From Piromyces finnis finn (lineage: Eukaryota > Fungi > Neocallimastigomycota): DNA of 64,000 nt. The notes below the pieces were generated by a model. The model saw only the letters and a list, made by a program, of their open reading frames with translations. It did not search any database and had not been told where the DNA came from. Every line of letters starts with the position of its first letter. Position 1 is the stretch's first letter. Both the position numbers and the translations under genes were made by a program. The DNA lies in NCBI GenBank assembly GCA_002104945.1, contig MCFH01000001.1, positions 1,488,001-1,552,000 on the forward strand, in the 5' to 3' direction. Positions 1 to 17,594 of the stretch are shown piece after piece.

Positions 1-1481
1 TAATAATACTTTTTAGTAATTATGGAGGTTTATATAATACTTATATTTATTGTTACATATCAATATTAAATTTGATATATTATAAAATATAGAATTATTT
101 ATGAATAGCCAATCACTTGATTAGTTATTACTTATGTATTGTAAATTAATTCATAAATTTTCCAATAACAATATTAAAAAAATGAATTATACACAATCAT
201 AATAATAATACTTTCTTTTTCTATGAAAATCAAATAAATTAATAAAATAATAATATTTTCATATTTTCATATTATTGATTATTAAAAATTTAGATTAAAT
301 AATATGGATTTAAGTTACACAATGTTATTATAATTATAATTAAATAGAATTAGGTTTTTTTATTTGTATTATCAGTAAGAAAATGCCATATTTATAATGA
401 TAGAAAAAGTATGATATAATGTGAAACACATTATTGTTTTAAAATATGTAATATTTAATTTACTATTGTAGTACATAGATATCATTATAATCAAAAAGAA
501 TAATAATAAATAATATATAATTAATAATAATGTTATTCCTTTAAATATAAACAGTTTTTTATATTATTAATAATTTTTTTGGAAAACATTATAAGTAATA
601 AATATATAATATCTTTTTTTAATTTTCTTTTATTTAAATAAAGAAAATTTTGAATTAAAATAAGAGAAAGAAGTAATGACTAGTTTTAATTTGTATTAAA
701 GATTATGGTAATATTTCCATAAAAATTTTAATTTATAACCTAATATATACTTTGAAATGATTGGATGTGAAAGTTACACGAAATCGTAATACAAATTTTA
801 AATATTAGTAAAATTATGATTTTACTTTTTACTTCATTTTACATTACTTCTTTATTGATAATAAAAGAATCTAACAAAAGTTAATGATTATTTTTATTTT
901 TTTTTGTCGGTAGTTTAAATTGAAAATATTCAATTAATAAATTGTCATTATTATAATTTCTGCATATTAAAAATACCAACGTCTATTATATTTAATAATT
1001 GAATAAGAAATCTTTCAAATAATTATACTAAAATGTTTTTTTAAATATAATTATTTAATTATTTAAAAAAGAGTTACACGAGCGAAAATTTTATATAGTT
1101 TATCATAAATTGTTTTATTTGTTTCTTTATAAAAATATCAATTATTTTATGAAATAATGGTGAAGTATAATACTTTACATATTAAAAAGACTCACATTTT
1201 TATATTATAATCTTAATAAAACAAAGAGGAAATATCAATTATTTTCAGTAGATGAATTTATAGTGTCATATATAAATTTTTGAAAAAATCGGAAAATTTT
1301 TACATTTTAATATAATATAATATATTGTTAGAATTTTATATAAAAAAAAATAAGTTTTTTTTTTTTTTTTAAAAAAAAATTTGATTTAATATTAAAAGAA
1401 AAAATAAAAATAAAAAATAAAATAAAATCATATAGCAAATAAAGTTATTTTAATTAATTTCTAATATTATATATAAATGAA

Positions 1482-2177
1482 ATGTTAAATAAAAAGATAC
1501 TTATATTATATCAAATATTACAATGTGTAAATGCCATCTATGCAATAGTATGGGATAAACAAAAAGTGTTAGAAATTGATGTAGAGAAATATAGAGGTGT
1601 TGGTGTAGATGATTGTCCTGAATATAGTCAAGGCTATATATTTTCAAATGAATGGTGTAATTATAGCTTTTATTGTAAAGATGATCTTTGTGCAACAAGT
1701 AATAAAGACAATATAATTCAATTTAATAATAACAATAATAATAATACTATTCAAGAATATATAGTTGATGTGTGTGACCAAAATAATCCTGAGATTAATG
1801 AATGTTATCAAAAGGTTCCATGCAAATCTGATAATCATTGCCTTTCAAATAAATGTTTAAATTCAGTATGCATTGTAAATGATAATTCACCTGTAATTAA
1901 ATGTATGGACAATTATCGTTATGATTATTTTTCTTTCAAAGGTAGAGGAAAGATATATTGTGGTTTATCAGATGGTGAATATTGCAAAGAGAATCGTGAA
2001 TGTGCATCAAATGAATGTATTAAGAATAGTTGTGTTACAAAGTTTCATGATTATTCACATGATTCAATAATTAAATATATTGTACTAGCAATAGCATTAC
2101 TTATTATTGTCATTATATTAATTTGTTTATATTGTTTTCGATCTAAATGGAAGAAAAGGAATGTTGAAGTAATTTAA
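1482..2177 (+). CDS. Secreted/single-pass cysteine-rich membrane protein (231 aa), function unknown
   Basis: Intronless ORF with a hydrophobic N-terminus, repeated C-x5-C-x4-C-type clusters (CKSDNHCLSNKC, CKENRECASNEC), a C-terminal TM helix (IIKYIVLAIALLIIVIILICLYCF) and a basic tail. Confidence 0.75.
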   Translation: MLNKKILILYQILQCVNAIYAIVWDKQKVLEIDVEKYRGVGVDDCPEYSQGYIFSNEWCNYSFYCKDDLCATSNKDNIIQFNNNNNNNTIQEYIVDVCDQNNPEINECYQKVPCKSDNHCLSNKCLNSVCIVNDNSPVIKCMDNYRYDYFSFKGRGKIYCGLSDGEYCKENRECASNECIKNSCVTKFHDYSHDSIIKYIVLAIALLIIVIILICLYCFRSKWKKRNVEVI

Positions 2178-2605
2178 AAAGCAATATAATTAAATAATTG
2201 AAAACAATGTTATTGATTTTTGACATTTCATTAATTTTTAAAATATAATTAATTTAATTTTTAGTTTTTAATAAAAAAAAAACTTTTTTTTAAAAAATAA
2301 ATAATAATTTAATTTCATTAGAATCAATTTTCATATTTTATATTCATTTTATTTATCTTTCATTTATATATTATTAAATAACGTTGGATTTTCAAAATTA
2401 ATAATTATTATTTCAATGACTAAATTATTATATTAAATAAATTATTAATAATTATTAATTATTTAAAAACTCGTTGATATCATCTTAAAACATAGAAAAA
2501 AACACTGTATATATAATATATAAAATTAATTTCCTTTTCTAATTTATTAAAAGATAACTGATTTTAAACATTTTCTATTAATAATAATCTGGATACTAAA
2601 AATGC

Positions 2606-2636
<31 letters not shown>

Positions 2637-3019
2637 ATAAAAGGTAGTATACTTTTTTTTTTTAATATTAAAATTTGATTTTTTTTTTTTTTTTTTTTAT
2701 CAATTAATATAAAAACATTTCATTTAATTTATTTAACCTTAAGAAAGTAGAAAACAATAAATTATTTTTAAATTCTTATTATATTTATCAATGATTTTTA
2801 TTTTTAATGTATTTAATAAATATTTTATCATGAGTAATTGTTTATATATTATATTAATATAAATTAATGTTTAATAAAAGAAAAAAAAATCTTTATAAAT
2901 AATCATTATATAAACTATATTTGCTATTTTCTATATTCTAATGTTATTATTTTAATAATTAAAACAATTATTTAAATTATCATTATTATCTTATTGAAGA
3001 TAGATTGATAGTTTAGTAG

Positions 3020-5254
3020 CTAATTATTTAAATTGTTATTGTCAAATAATTCCATCAAATTGTTAGAATTATTTTTATCATTATCGCAATTATTATTAAA
3101 ATAATTATCATTAAAGATTTTAATTAAATTGTTTAAGTTCTTTAACGAATTATTTTCTGAGCTTACTTGACTTTCATTGCATTCATTTACTTTCTCATTG
3201 CTATATTTTAAAATATCTAACATTTTTTCTGTAACATCAATATCGTCAACGATACATTTTTTTTGAGTTGTATTATTGCTATAATTTTCAATAGGAAAGG
3301 TATTCATTAATAAATTTGGATTTAAAAAATATTTACTATCATCATTTATCCTATTTTCATTATTTATAGATTCTTTTTTTCTACTATTTCTAGAATTGGA
3401 TTCAATTGAGGGTTGTAATTCTTGATTTAAAATACAATCATCAATATTTATTATATCATATCGAATTGAAGCCCTTGTACTATCAGATTTATATGAATGC
3501 CTTACATTATACTTTGCATTTCCATATTTATCACTACCAATAATACCATCATTTTTTTCATTAAGTTTTCTTGTGCTATTATTTAATTTAACTTCATTTG
3601 TAATTATTTATAAGCAAATTATTTTTCTTAGCTATTTATACCACATAAAAATAATTGAAATAATATATATTCATGAAACATTTGACTTACTGTGTTCTTT
3701 TAATCCTTGACCATAATTTAAATAACACATTAAAATGTTAGTTATTGTTAAGATACCTAAACCAAGACAAATTATACCTTATATTTAATTATAAAAACAA
3801 TTCTGTTATTACTACTATAACAAGAAAAATAAAAACGTTATTAAGTTATTAATTATACTTACTAAAAAATGACATATAAATCATTGATCCAACATAATCG
3901 ACTTTCTTTGTAGTATTCATCCTTATTAATTTAAAAATAAAATAACAAACCTCCAATATAAAGCATAATAATATAAATTTTGTTAAATTTTTCTGTTCTT
4001 CTTTAATCTAATATTATAATTTTCCATTTAATATAATATCCAAAAAAAATAAAGTTAATATTAATAGATTTATAATAATATATTTAAATTTAATGGAAAT
4101 TAACTTACATATTTAATTGATAAATATAAAACAATCAATGATAAAAGAATTAACCCAATTGTAATATATTTTTCTGGATCATCATTTTTCAAAATCAGAA
4201 ATATCAATTGTAATGAATATGAAACGAAAAAGAAAAAATCATATTTAACAAGAGTTATAAAAATTTCATAAATCCTAAATATTTCTATAATATATATATT
4301 CATTATTTCATACAATAAAATTAATATATTTTTATACTTGTATATTTATATCAAACTTTTTTAAATATAATCATTACTTCTCAGTTTTGGGTCTGCTCCA
4401 ATAGATTTATATATTGACCACCCGAATTCTAGACATAATTTATACGCCAAATAAATATGAATTGTTGCATAAATAAAACAAATTGATGGAATTATGTAAG
4501 TATATATTTTTATTCTATTGAAACAACTTTCTGTGAAATACTTGTATAATTGATATGCTTGAATTAATGAATAAAATGAATTCAAAAGATTATAACTTGC
4601 TGATCCAATAATTTCAATATTGTTATTGTGGTATAACTATGATAACAAATAATCAAGTTAATAATTATAATATATAATATAAAATACTATAATATTTATT
4701 AAATTAATATAGTTACTGCATCATATGTAACATAGATTAAAAATAACTCAGATGTAATAAAAATGAATAAATACAATGGTAATGGAGTTATATTCTTTTC
4801 ATTTTCATTATCTAATTCATCATTATGATAACAGTGATCTTTCAATGTCATAGCCCCAAGTACACCTTCTAATATTATAATAATAATGGTTGATATTAAT
4901 ACACTCCATACTGTTATAGTAGCATATTTTCCTGAATTTATCTATTATGATAGAAATAATAATTCCTTTAGAATATAAAAATATAATAAAATAACACCTT
5001 TTATTTTATTTTCACAATCATATTATTTGATATATATTAGTTATTTTCTTCCTTGAACTTACTAAATTTGACCAATTTATTTTATGCATATACTTGATTC
5101 AGTTATTAAAAATTTCCTTTCTTTCAAGAGAAATTTAATAATTTTATATATTTTATTAAATTTTATTCACTTAATTGTGTCAAATAATAAATCTTTATTA
5201 TTTCTATTAAATTTTTGCAACAAAAAAACGAATTCTTAGCAATTTTATTGCCAT
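3020..5254 (-). CDS. Multi-exon multi-pass membrane protein, UPF0658 (fungal Golgi membrane protein)-like; 3' part needs 1-nt corrections
   Basis: Hydrophobic exons bounded by GT/AG, including YKLCLEFGWSIYKSIGADPKLR, which resembles the FGW..YK.IGAD motif I recall for UPF0658. Putative ATG at 5254. As written, the spliced frame breaks near 3765 and stops at 3594, while another frame is open 3607-3020. Boundaries are approximate. Confidence 0.55.
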
Positions 5255-6139
5255 TTATTCTTGTTAGACTCTTAAAGTATAAAACATATTATTTATTTAT
5301 ATTTAATACAAAAAAAAAAAAAGCTTTTTATTTTTTTTATTTAAATATGAAATTTCAGTTATATTAACATCAATTCATATAAAAAAAAACTTATTGTATA
5401 ATGAATGTTAAATTAACCTGTAAGAATACTAATTATACTTCTTTATAGCAAATATTTAAAGCTGCATAACTAATAATTTAAATATTTAAATAATTAATTT
5501 TAATTGATTATGAAATAACAGTAATAGTAATAAACTTTATTTCTATTTAAAAATGAAAATTAAGATCCCTTTAATATTACTATTGGTAAATTTAATTATA
5601 TTTAAAAATTCAAAAGTCTAATATTTAAGAATTCTATATTAAACAACAACGATAGAAACCTATTTTAATATTTCATTACTTAATATCTATCTAATATTAT
5701 ATTTGTATACTTTTTTTTATTATATATTTATATTTTATTATATTTTATTCTTTATATAAAATTTCAAAATTATATTCAAAATCTAAAGTAAAAAAAATTT
5801 GAATATTAAAAAACCACTTTTAAACTTTAATGAAATTAATCTAGATTTTTTATCATAATAGATTTATCCTAACTCTCAAAACAAAAAGTATAATACATTA
5901 ATATTACATTATAACAGAAATAATGTATACAATGTTAATATATTGTTAATTTAATAATAGTTTACTGTTATTATATTTAAGCTATTCAAATAATGCATTT
6001 AATGATTGGCTAATATTTTGGAATGATTGGTTATTATTGATTTTCAGTAAGGTTAGTTTTTTTTTTCAAAAAAATTAAAATAGTGTTAATTTAGCAAAAA
6101 TTTTTGTTCCCTCTTGCCTAATAATTATAATTTATTAAC

Positions 6140-7010
6140 ATGTCCACTCAAGAAACCGCTCTTGTTTACGCTGCTTTAATTTGCCAAGACTCTGACGTCG
6201 AAATTACTGTATGTTTTTGATGTTTTATTAATAGTTTTTATCTTTTTTTTATGATCTTTTCTATATGTACATTATAAATTTAGTTAAATTGATTTTAATA
6301 ACAAATTGAAAAAAGGATCAATAATTAAATGATCTTAATGTCCAATTTCAAATCTCAATAAAATAAATTTAAAAAATATATATATAATAAAATGAAAAGA
6401 AGTTATAAAAATAAAATCAAATATTTAAAATATTGGAATAAAATTTTTAATATTTTTTAAAAAATCATTTTATTTGTAATCAATGAAAAATAATTGAATT
6501 AAATCAGGATAATAACATTGTAAATATTATTTTTATATATTTTAATAAATAGGCTCAAAACCTTACCAACCTTGTTAAGGCTGCCAATGTCGAAGTCAAC
6601 GAAGTTTACTCCAACATCTTCGCTAAGGCCTTAAACGGTGCTGATGTTGCCGGTTTCATTGAAAAGCTCGCTGTTGGTAAATATCATATAAGATATATCC
6701 TCAAAAATATAATTGAATATAATTAAACTTGAGAAAATATAAAAATATATACTAATAATTAATATTATTTTTATTAAAAAATAGCTGCTCCAGTTGCTGG
6801 TTCTGGTGCTGCTGCCGGTGCTGCTGCTGCTGAAGCTGCTCCAGCTGAAGAAGCTAAGCAAGAATCTGAAGAAGAAGAATCCGACAGTGACATGGGTTTC
6901 GGTATGTATATAAATAATAAACATTTTAAGAAATATAAATATGTAAATTTTTTAATGCATGTAATTAATTTTTTTCTTTAATAAATATTAAAATAGGTCT
7001 TTTCGATTAG
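6140..7010 (+). CDS. RPP1: 60S acidic ribosomal protein P1 (107 aa, 4 exons)
   Basis: Exons 6140-6208, 6553-6676, 6785-6901 and 6997-7010 join via GT/AG to MSTQETALVYAALICQDSDVEITAQNLTNLVKAANVEV...EEEESDSDMGFGLFD*, with the canonical acidic P-protein C-terminus. Confidence 0.95.
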
Positions 7011-7230
7011 ATTGTTTAATTAATTTAAAATCTAATAGAAAAATATTTTTTTCAATAAAATATTATAATCATCAAAAAATAAGAATAACTGTGTAAAATA
7101 TTGTTTTATTTTTTTTTATTTAAATGGTGTAAAATATATAATACATATTATTTTAAAGTATATAAATTAAGAAAGTAATATATAAAGGAATAATTATGAA
7201 AATTAGATAAATATGAATATTGAAGTATTT

Positions 7231-9909
7231 TTAAATAACTGAGTCTCCTTCTTTTATATAATTTTTGTCCTCTGATTTTGACATTAAAAGTATTACTATA
7301 ATAGCAGATATTATAGCAACGATCATTAAGAAAAACATTGACATAAATATTTTATCTTTTTGTAAATTTCTATTTTTGGTTTTAATGAAAAATTGTTTTT
7401 TTATTTTGATGTTTGGTATTTTTTTATATAAAAAGGAATATTATTATGGTTTAATAGAAAGTTTATGTAAAAAGTATATTGGTATTTTTATTTTCAGATT
7501 ATGTTTAATATATATTTTTTATTTTTACCTCATGATTATTCTCACTTGTTTATCTGCTCTTCTTAAATTGCTTTCAACTAATTCAACATTTCCTTCAACA
7601 TTTTCCAATTGACCAGTTTGCATTTGTAGGTCAAGATTAACATCAGCACCAATCTATAGTTAATAACTGTCGTCAATAAATTTGATTAAAAATTTATTCC
7701 TATATATTAATAAACAATTACCATTATAATATTATCCACAACCTGCTTTGTCCTGGAAGCAGATTCTTTTGAAGCTTGTTGGATTGTTAATGCTGCATTT
7801 GTCATATCCTTTGCAGTTATTGCTACATTATTAGTAATAATAATTATTAATTATTAATTATTATTATTATTAATTATTATTATTATTAATTATTATTATT
7901 ATTATTATTATTATTATGTTTATTATTATTATCTCATATAATTATCTCATATATAAATAAATTATTACATGCAGCAGAAATAGTAGGAGCTTTTGCTTCA
8001 GCATTTAATAATTCCTGTTGTAAAGCTTGTTGCTGAGCTTCTAAACTATTTATCACCTTTTTTTTTATAAATTGGAAAATAAAAAAAAAAAAAAAAATTA
8101 ATTATAAAAATTTTATTGAATTATAATGAATTACCAAAAATAATTTACATATATATATGTATGTAATATTTTAATTTATTGATAAATTAAATAGAATACC
8201 CCTTCCCATAGCATTGTTTCTTCTGAATTAGTTAAATCATTAATTTCATGGATCATACTTCTACGAATAATCCCTACCCGTTGAAGTCTCTGTTTATAAT
8301 ATTTACATTTCTATATTATATTTAAAAATAAATATTTTTTTTTTTTAATATTAATATTATTTATGGTTTATGCATATTAGTTTTCTTTTTCCTCTTTTTT
8401 TTTTTTTTTTTTTTTATTTTTCTTCGATTAAATAAATTTTACTACTATAAAATTAATTTCAATAAATAAAATTTGTTGTTATGATGATTAATAAATAGCG
8501 ATGATCATGTATTGTAAAAAGAAAAAGAAAAAGAAAAAGAAAAAAGGAAAAGTGATACCAATCAAAAATTCACTTTAAAAGTATTTTTTTTTTATTTTAT
8601 TTTTTTTTTTTTTCATTTGTTTGTTTGTTTGTTTGTTTGAAATCATATTAATGAAATTACTATATTATAGATAAATGGATGTTACTTGTATCAATTAATA
8701 CTCTTCATTTATTAAATAAAATAATTTTTTCTTATTTTAATTATTGTCTTTTTTTTCATTTATTTATTTCTTTTGCTTTTACTATTAATTACTGTTGATT
8801 ATTTTTTTTTTTGTCATGGAAGAAAAAAAAAAAAAAAGTACTATATTAAGTAAAATAAGTTTATAACTCTTGAAATTTTAATTAGTATCATTAAAAGTAT
8901 TTTATTATATTTTTCGGATAATTTAATAAAAGTATTGAATTTTTATATATATATAATATTAATATAAAATTTTTATTAATATAAAAAATGAGTTTTTATT
9001 TCATTATTATCGAATTTGAATAATTCTTGTATTTATATATATATTATTTTTGCTTTCTGAATTACTTTTAAAAATAACTCTTATTTATTTGATCTCAAAA
9101 TAAAAAAAAAGGTCTCGCCCTTTTTTTAAATATTCTTTAAAAACTATTATTATATTAAAATATAATAACAATTTATTTTCATACATTCTCTATTATCTTT
9201 ATTAATCACATTTTCTATTATTATAAATAGTATAAATTCCTTATAAAAACTAAATGGAACATAATTTTATATATATTTCTCTTCGAATATATATCTTACA
9301 TATATATATATATTATATTTCATTAATTAGAAACTTTTCCCTATATATTCTATATATCTCCTTTTTATTTTTTATAAAAAGGAAACTTTCTATTGCATAT
9401 ACATTCTCCATTTAATAAATATATTTCCAATTTTCATCAATTTTACCATGTCAATATCCAATTATTTTATATATATATATTAAATATAATCTTTTAAATA
9501 ATAAATAAATATAATTCAATAAATGCATTTTAATGAAATGATGTTTACTTCTATTCTCTCTGGTCCACTTGTTATATGGGGTAATTCTGATTGAAGACCA
9601 TTTCGTACTTCTTTGAAAATATCTTCAATTTGTTCCTTAAAATCATCAAGCAAGTCTTTACCGATACATTAAAATATATATATAATAACCCATTTTATTA
9701 TAATACAATAAAAGAAAATTAATAAAATTATATATAATAATTAGCTATTATAATAATTTTACAATTTCTTAATTTTCAATATTATTATCAAATTATCTTT
9801 TTTTTTTTTTAAAACTATCATTCTAATTTTATTATTACTAATTTTTAATATGTATATGTTTATATTTGATAATTATTAATATATATAGTAAAATTTATCT
9901 ACCCGTCAT
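7231..9909 (-). CDS. Tail-anchored Qb-type SNARE (Vti1/NPSN-like), about 7 exons
   Basis: Manual splicing gives MTGKDLLDDFKEQIEDIFKEVRNGL...KCKYYKQRLQR..., then a heptad SNARE-like segment (IGADVNLDLQMQTGQLENVEGNVELVESNLRRADKQVRIIMRNLQKDK), then a TM helix (IFMSMFFLMIVAIISAIIVILLM). Some exon ends are approximate. Confidence 0.7.
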
Positions 9910-9949
9910 CTTGGATATATATTATATAAAGGAAATAATAGACTATACA

Positions 9950-9981
<32 letters not shown>

Positions 9982-10904
9982 TGAAATATAAACTGTATGT
10001 AACTATTTAAAAAAAATTAAGTAATAATTTTATTTTTAAAGTTTATTTTTATGAAAAAAATAAAACTATATATGAAATAATGATATTAATACTCGTAAAA
10101 AAAAAAAAAAAAAAATTTATATATTTTTAATATTTTCATAAATCTTTGTTTAAATATAAAAGAATAAATTTTAAAATATATTTTAAAACATTGATAAAGT
10201 TTAAATATAAAAACTTTTTTTGTATAATCAAAAACATTTATGTTTTGGTATAATAATACAATAAAATAATTAATGTTTATATGGAAAATATTCAATTTTT
10301 ATTTTCATGTAGTATTAAAGAATTTAAATTTTTATTATATAGGATCATTACCTTGAAATATTTGTAGAAAATAAAATATAATATATAACAAGATTAGATT
10401 AGTTATAAATCATATTTATTAATTAATATTTTTTTTATTTAAATTCTTTTTGAAATATATTTATATATTCTATTTTTTTTTATTTTAAAAATAATGCTTA
10501 ATCCCTTTTTTTTTTAAAATATATATATATATATATATATTTACTCAAATATTTTATAATTTTATAATATACATCAATACAACAATTTACAATATTAATA
10601 TTTCATATAAAATTATAAAAGTGTTAAATATAAGCAAACAAAATATCTTAATACTTATTTAATTCATTGTATATATATATAACCTTTATTTATTCAAATA
10701 ATTAAAATCTATTAACAAATAATAAATTAAACAAAATATCAAACAATTTAATTAATAAATAAAGTATATTTATATATTTTATCATAACACTAATGGTAAT
10801 ATAATAATTTATTTTCTTTTTAAATTATTGAAAATGAAATAATGTATATTAGAAATAATAAATATTATTTTTAAAAAATAATTCAATTTAGAAAAAAAAA
10901 AAAA

Positions 10905-10941
<37 letters not shown>

Positions 10942-11087
10942 AATATATTACTGATTTAAATTTATAAATCAATATTAAAACAAATAACTAAAAAAAAAAT
11001 AAAAAAAATAAAGCTGTTTTGCTTTTGGTATTAATTGAAATTTACAAAATTAGATTTAAAAAAAGGAAATAATTGAATAAATTATTT

Positions 11088-15366
<4,279 letters not shown>

Positions 15367-17594
15367 CTTTTTTTTTTTTTTTTTTTATTAAACTTTGCAC
15401 TTTATTAATAAAAAAAAAAAAATAAAGAAAATATATAAATTTCAATAATTTTTAATATAAAAAAAAAAAAGAAATGGTTAAGCTATGTTTTATTAATAAT
15501 ACCAACAAAATTTTTTTTATAAATAATATATAATTTTTCATATATTAATTATTCTTTTAACTGTATTAAAAAAATTAAGCCATATATGGAAAATATATTA
15601 CAAGAAATTTATGTTTAAAAAATTTGAAAGATACATTTTAATCAATAGTCAATAATTTAGTATTTAGTATTTAATATTTAGTATTTAGTATAAATTATTT
15701 AGTATTTCAACTTTTAAACCTAACATATAAACGAATTAAAGTATAATATAGCAATAAAAACTTTTAAAGATTCTTAAAAAAAAAAAAACTCAATAATTAA
15801 AATTATTTGACATTACAATAAACATTAATCCTAAAAAAAAAAAAAATGTTATTTCTTATGTATTTCAATTATTTGTTAATTATTAACATAATTATCTTTT
15901 ATTATCTAGTATATATTGTTTTTTAATTATAATATATTAATTTTTATCAGCTTATATATAAAAATTGAGAAGCTAAAACAAGCTTAACAAAATTTATTAA
16001 TATTAAATTATTTTAATTTAAATGTATATTATTACATATTAATAATATATTTAGAAAATATAATTCTATAATTAAACCTATTCAACAATAAAAATTGAGA
16101 GGAATTAAATTATTTTGTTGTACAATATAAGAAAAGTAGTTATGATTTATAATATTAAAAAGTAGAATAAAATTGGTAAATAGTGAATAGTGTGAATAAC
16201 ACTACTGTCTGTTAGATATATATCATAATAAGTAACTAGACCGTAATTTCTTAGTTCCTATTCATCTTGATTTTTCCTCCTTGTTTTATTATTATTTGTT
16301 ACTATATTTATATCTATATAAAAAAAGGTTAAGTCATTTTAAAATTTATAATCGATGAATTGATTTTTTTTAGTATTAAATAATGATTTATATATGGGAA
16401 ATATATTTAATATATATTCATAAAATGGGATATTATTAATTTAATATATGTAAATAATATATGGTAACAGTAATATTCTTAATAAATACTTTTGATTTTC
16501 CTTCTATTAAAAAAACTTTGGTAAAATACAATATCCTATTACAATAATTCTAGAATTTATTGTTTAATATATTATCTAATATATTTAATATATATTTATT
16601 ATATTCATAATATATATAATATATTAGTATATAATGATAACAAAAATAATCGAAAAAGTAAAACAACTATTAAGTTTTTATATACTTTACATTTAAAAAG
16701 AATATATTATGATAATATAATAATATATGGCATCCTATATTATACTTTAAATAGTAATGGTTTTACTAATTATATATAATTCTTGCGTAAAATGGATTGA
16801 AAATTTTTTATTCCTTCTATAGAAGGACTATAGATTTTTTGGGAATGGAAGAATTATTATATGAATATTCTCTAACCCTTTATTTTTTAATATAAGCAAA
16901 AAAAAAAAAAAAAAGCTATTCGCGTATCCTTTAATTTCTAAAGAAATAAAATAATCCGTAAAAGTATACTAATTCATACTAACAAAAAAGTAAAATTTAA
17001 AAAAATAAACTTCTTCTATACCAATATAATTATTTAACTTCAATATACATTTTATATTCATTTTCCTTTTTTTTATTATTCCTACACCATACACAATTTA
17101 ATTTTTTTAAAAAAAAATCTTAAAATATTTATTTGTTTATTTGTATAAAGTTTTGTAAATTTTATAAACCTTTAAACTATTTTTTTTTATCCTCTAATGT
17201 CACACCATTTATAGTATTAATTTTTTTTTTTTTTTATTTATAATAAAGTATCTTTTTGTATTCATCTTATTCATTATATCTAAATTAAAAATTTTTTTTT
17301 TTTTTTTCAAAAGATATCTTTTTCATTTTTTATTATAATTAATGGTAGTTTTTATTTATACTATTAAAAAAAAAAAAAAAAAAAAAAAGCAAAAGATATT
17401 GATCATAAATTCATAAATAAATAAAATATAGGATGATTTGTTTATTAAAATAAAAAACTTATTATCATATTATATATAATATTAAAAAGAAAAAAATAAA
17501 GTTAAATATAGGAGTATATAAACATCAATATATAAAAGGAAGAGAATATTAAATAATAATGAAATGATAATTTATTAGTAATTAAAAAATAGAA

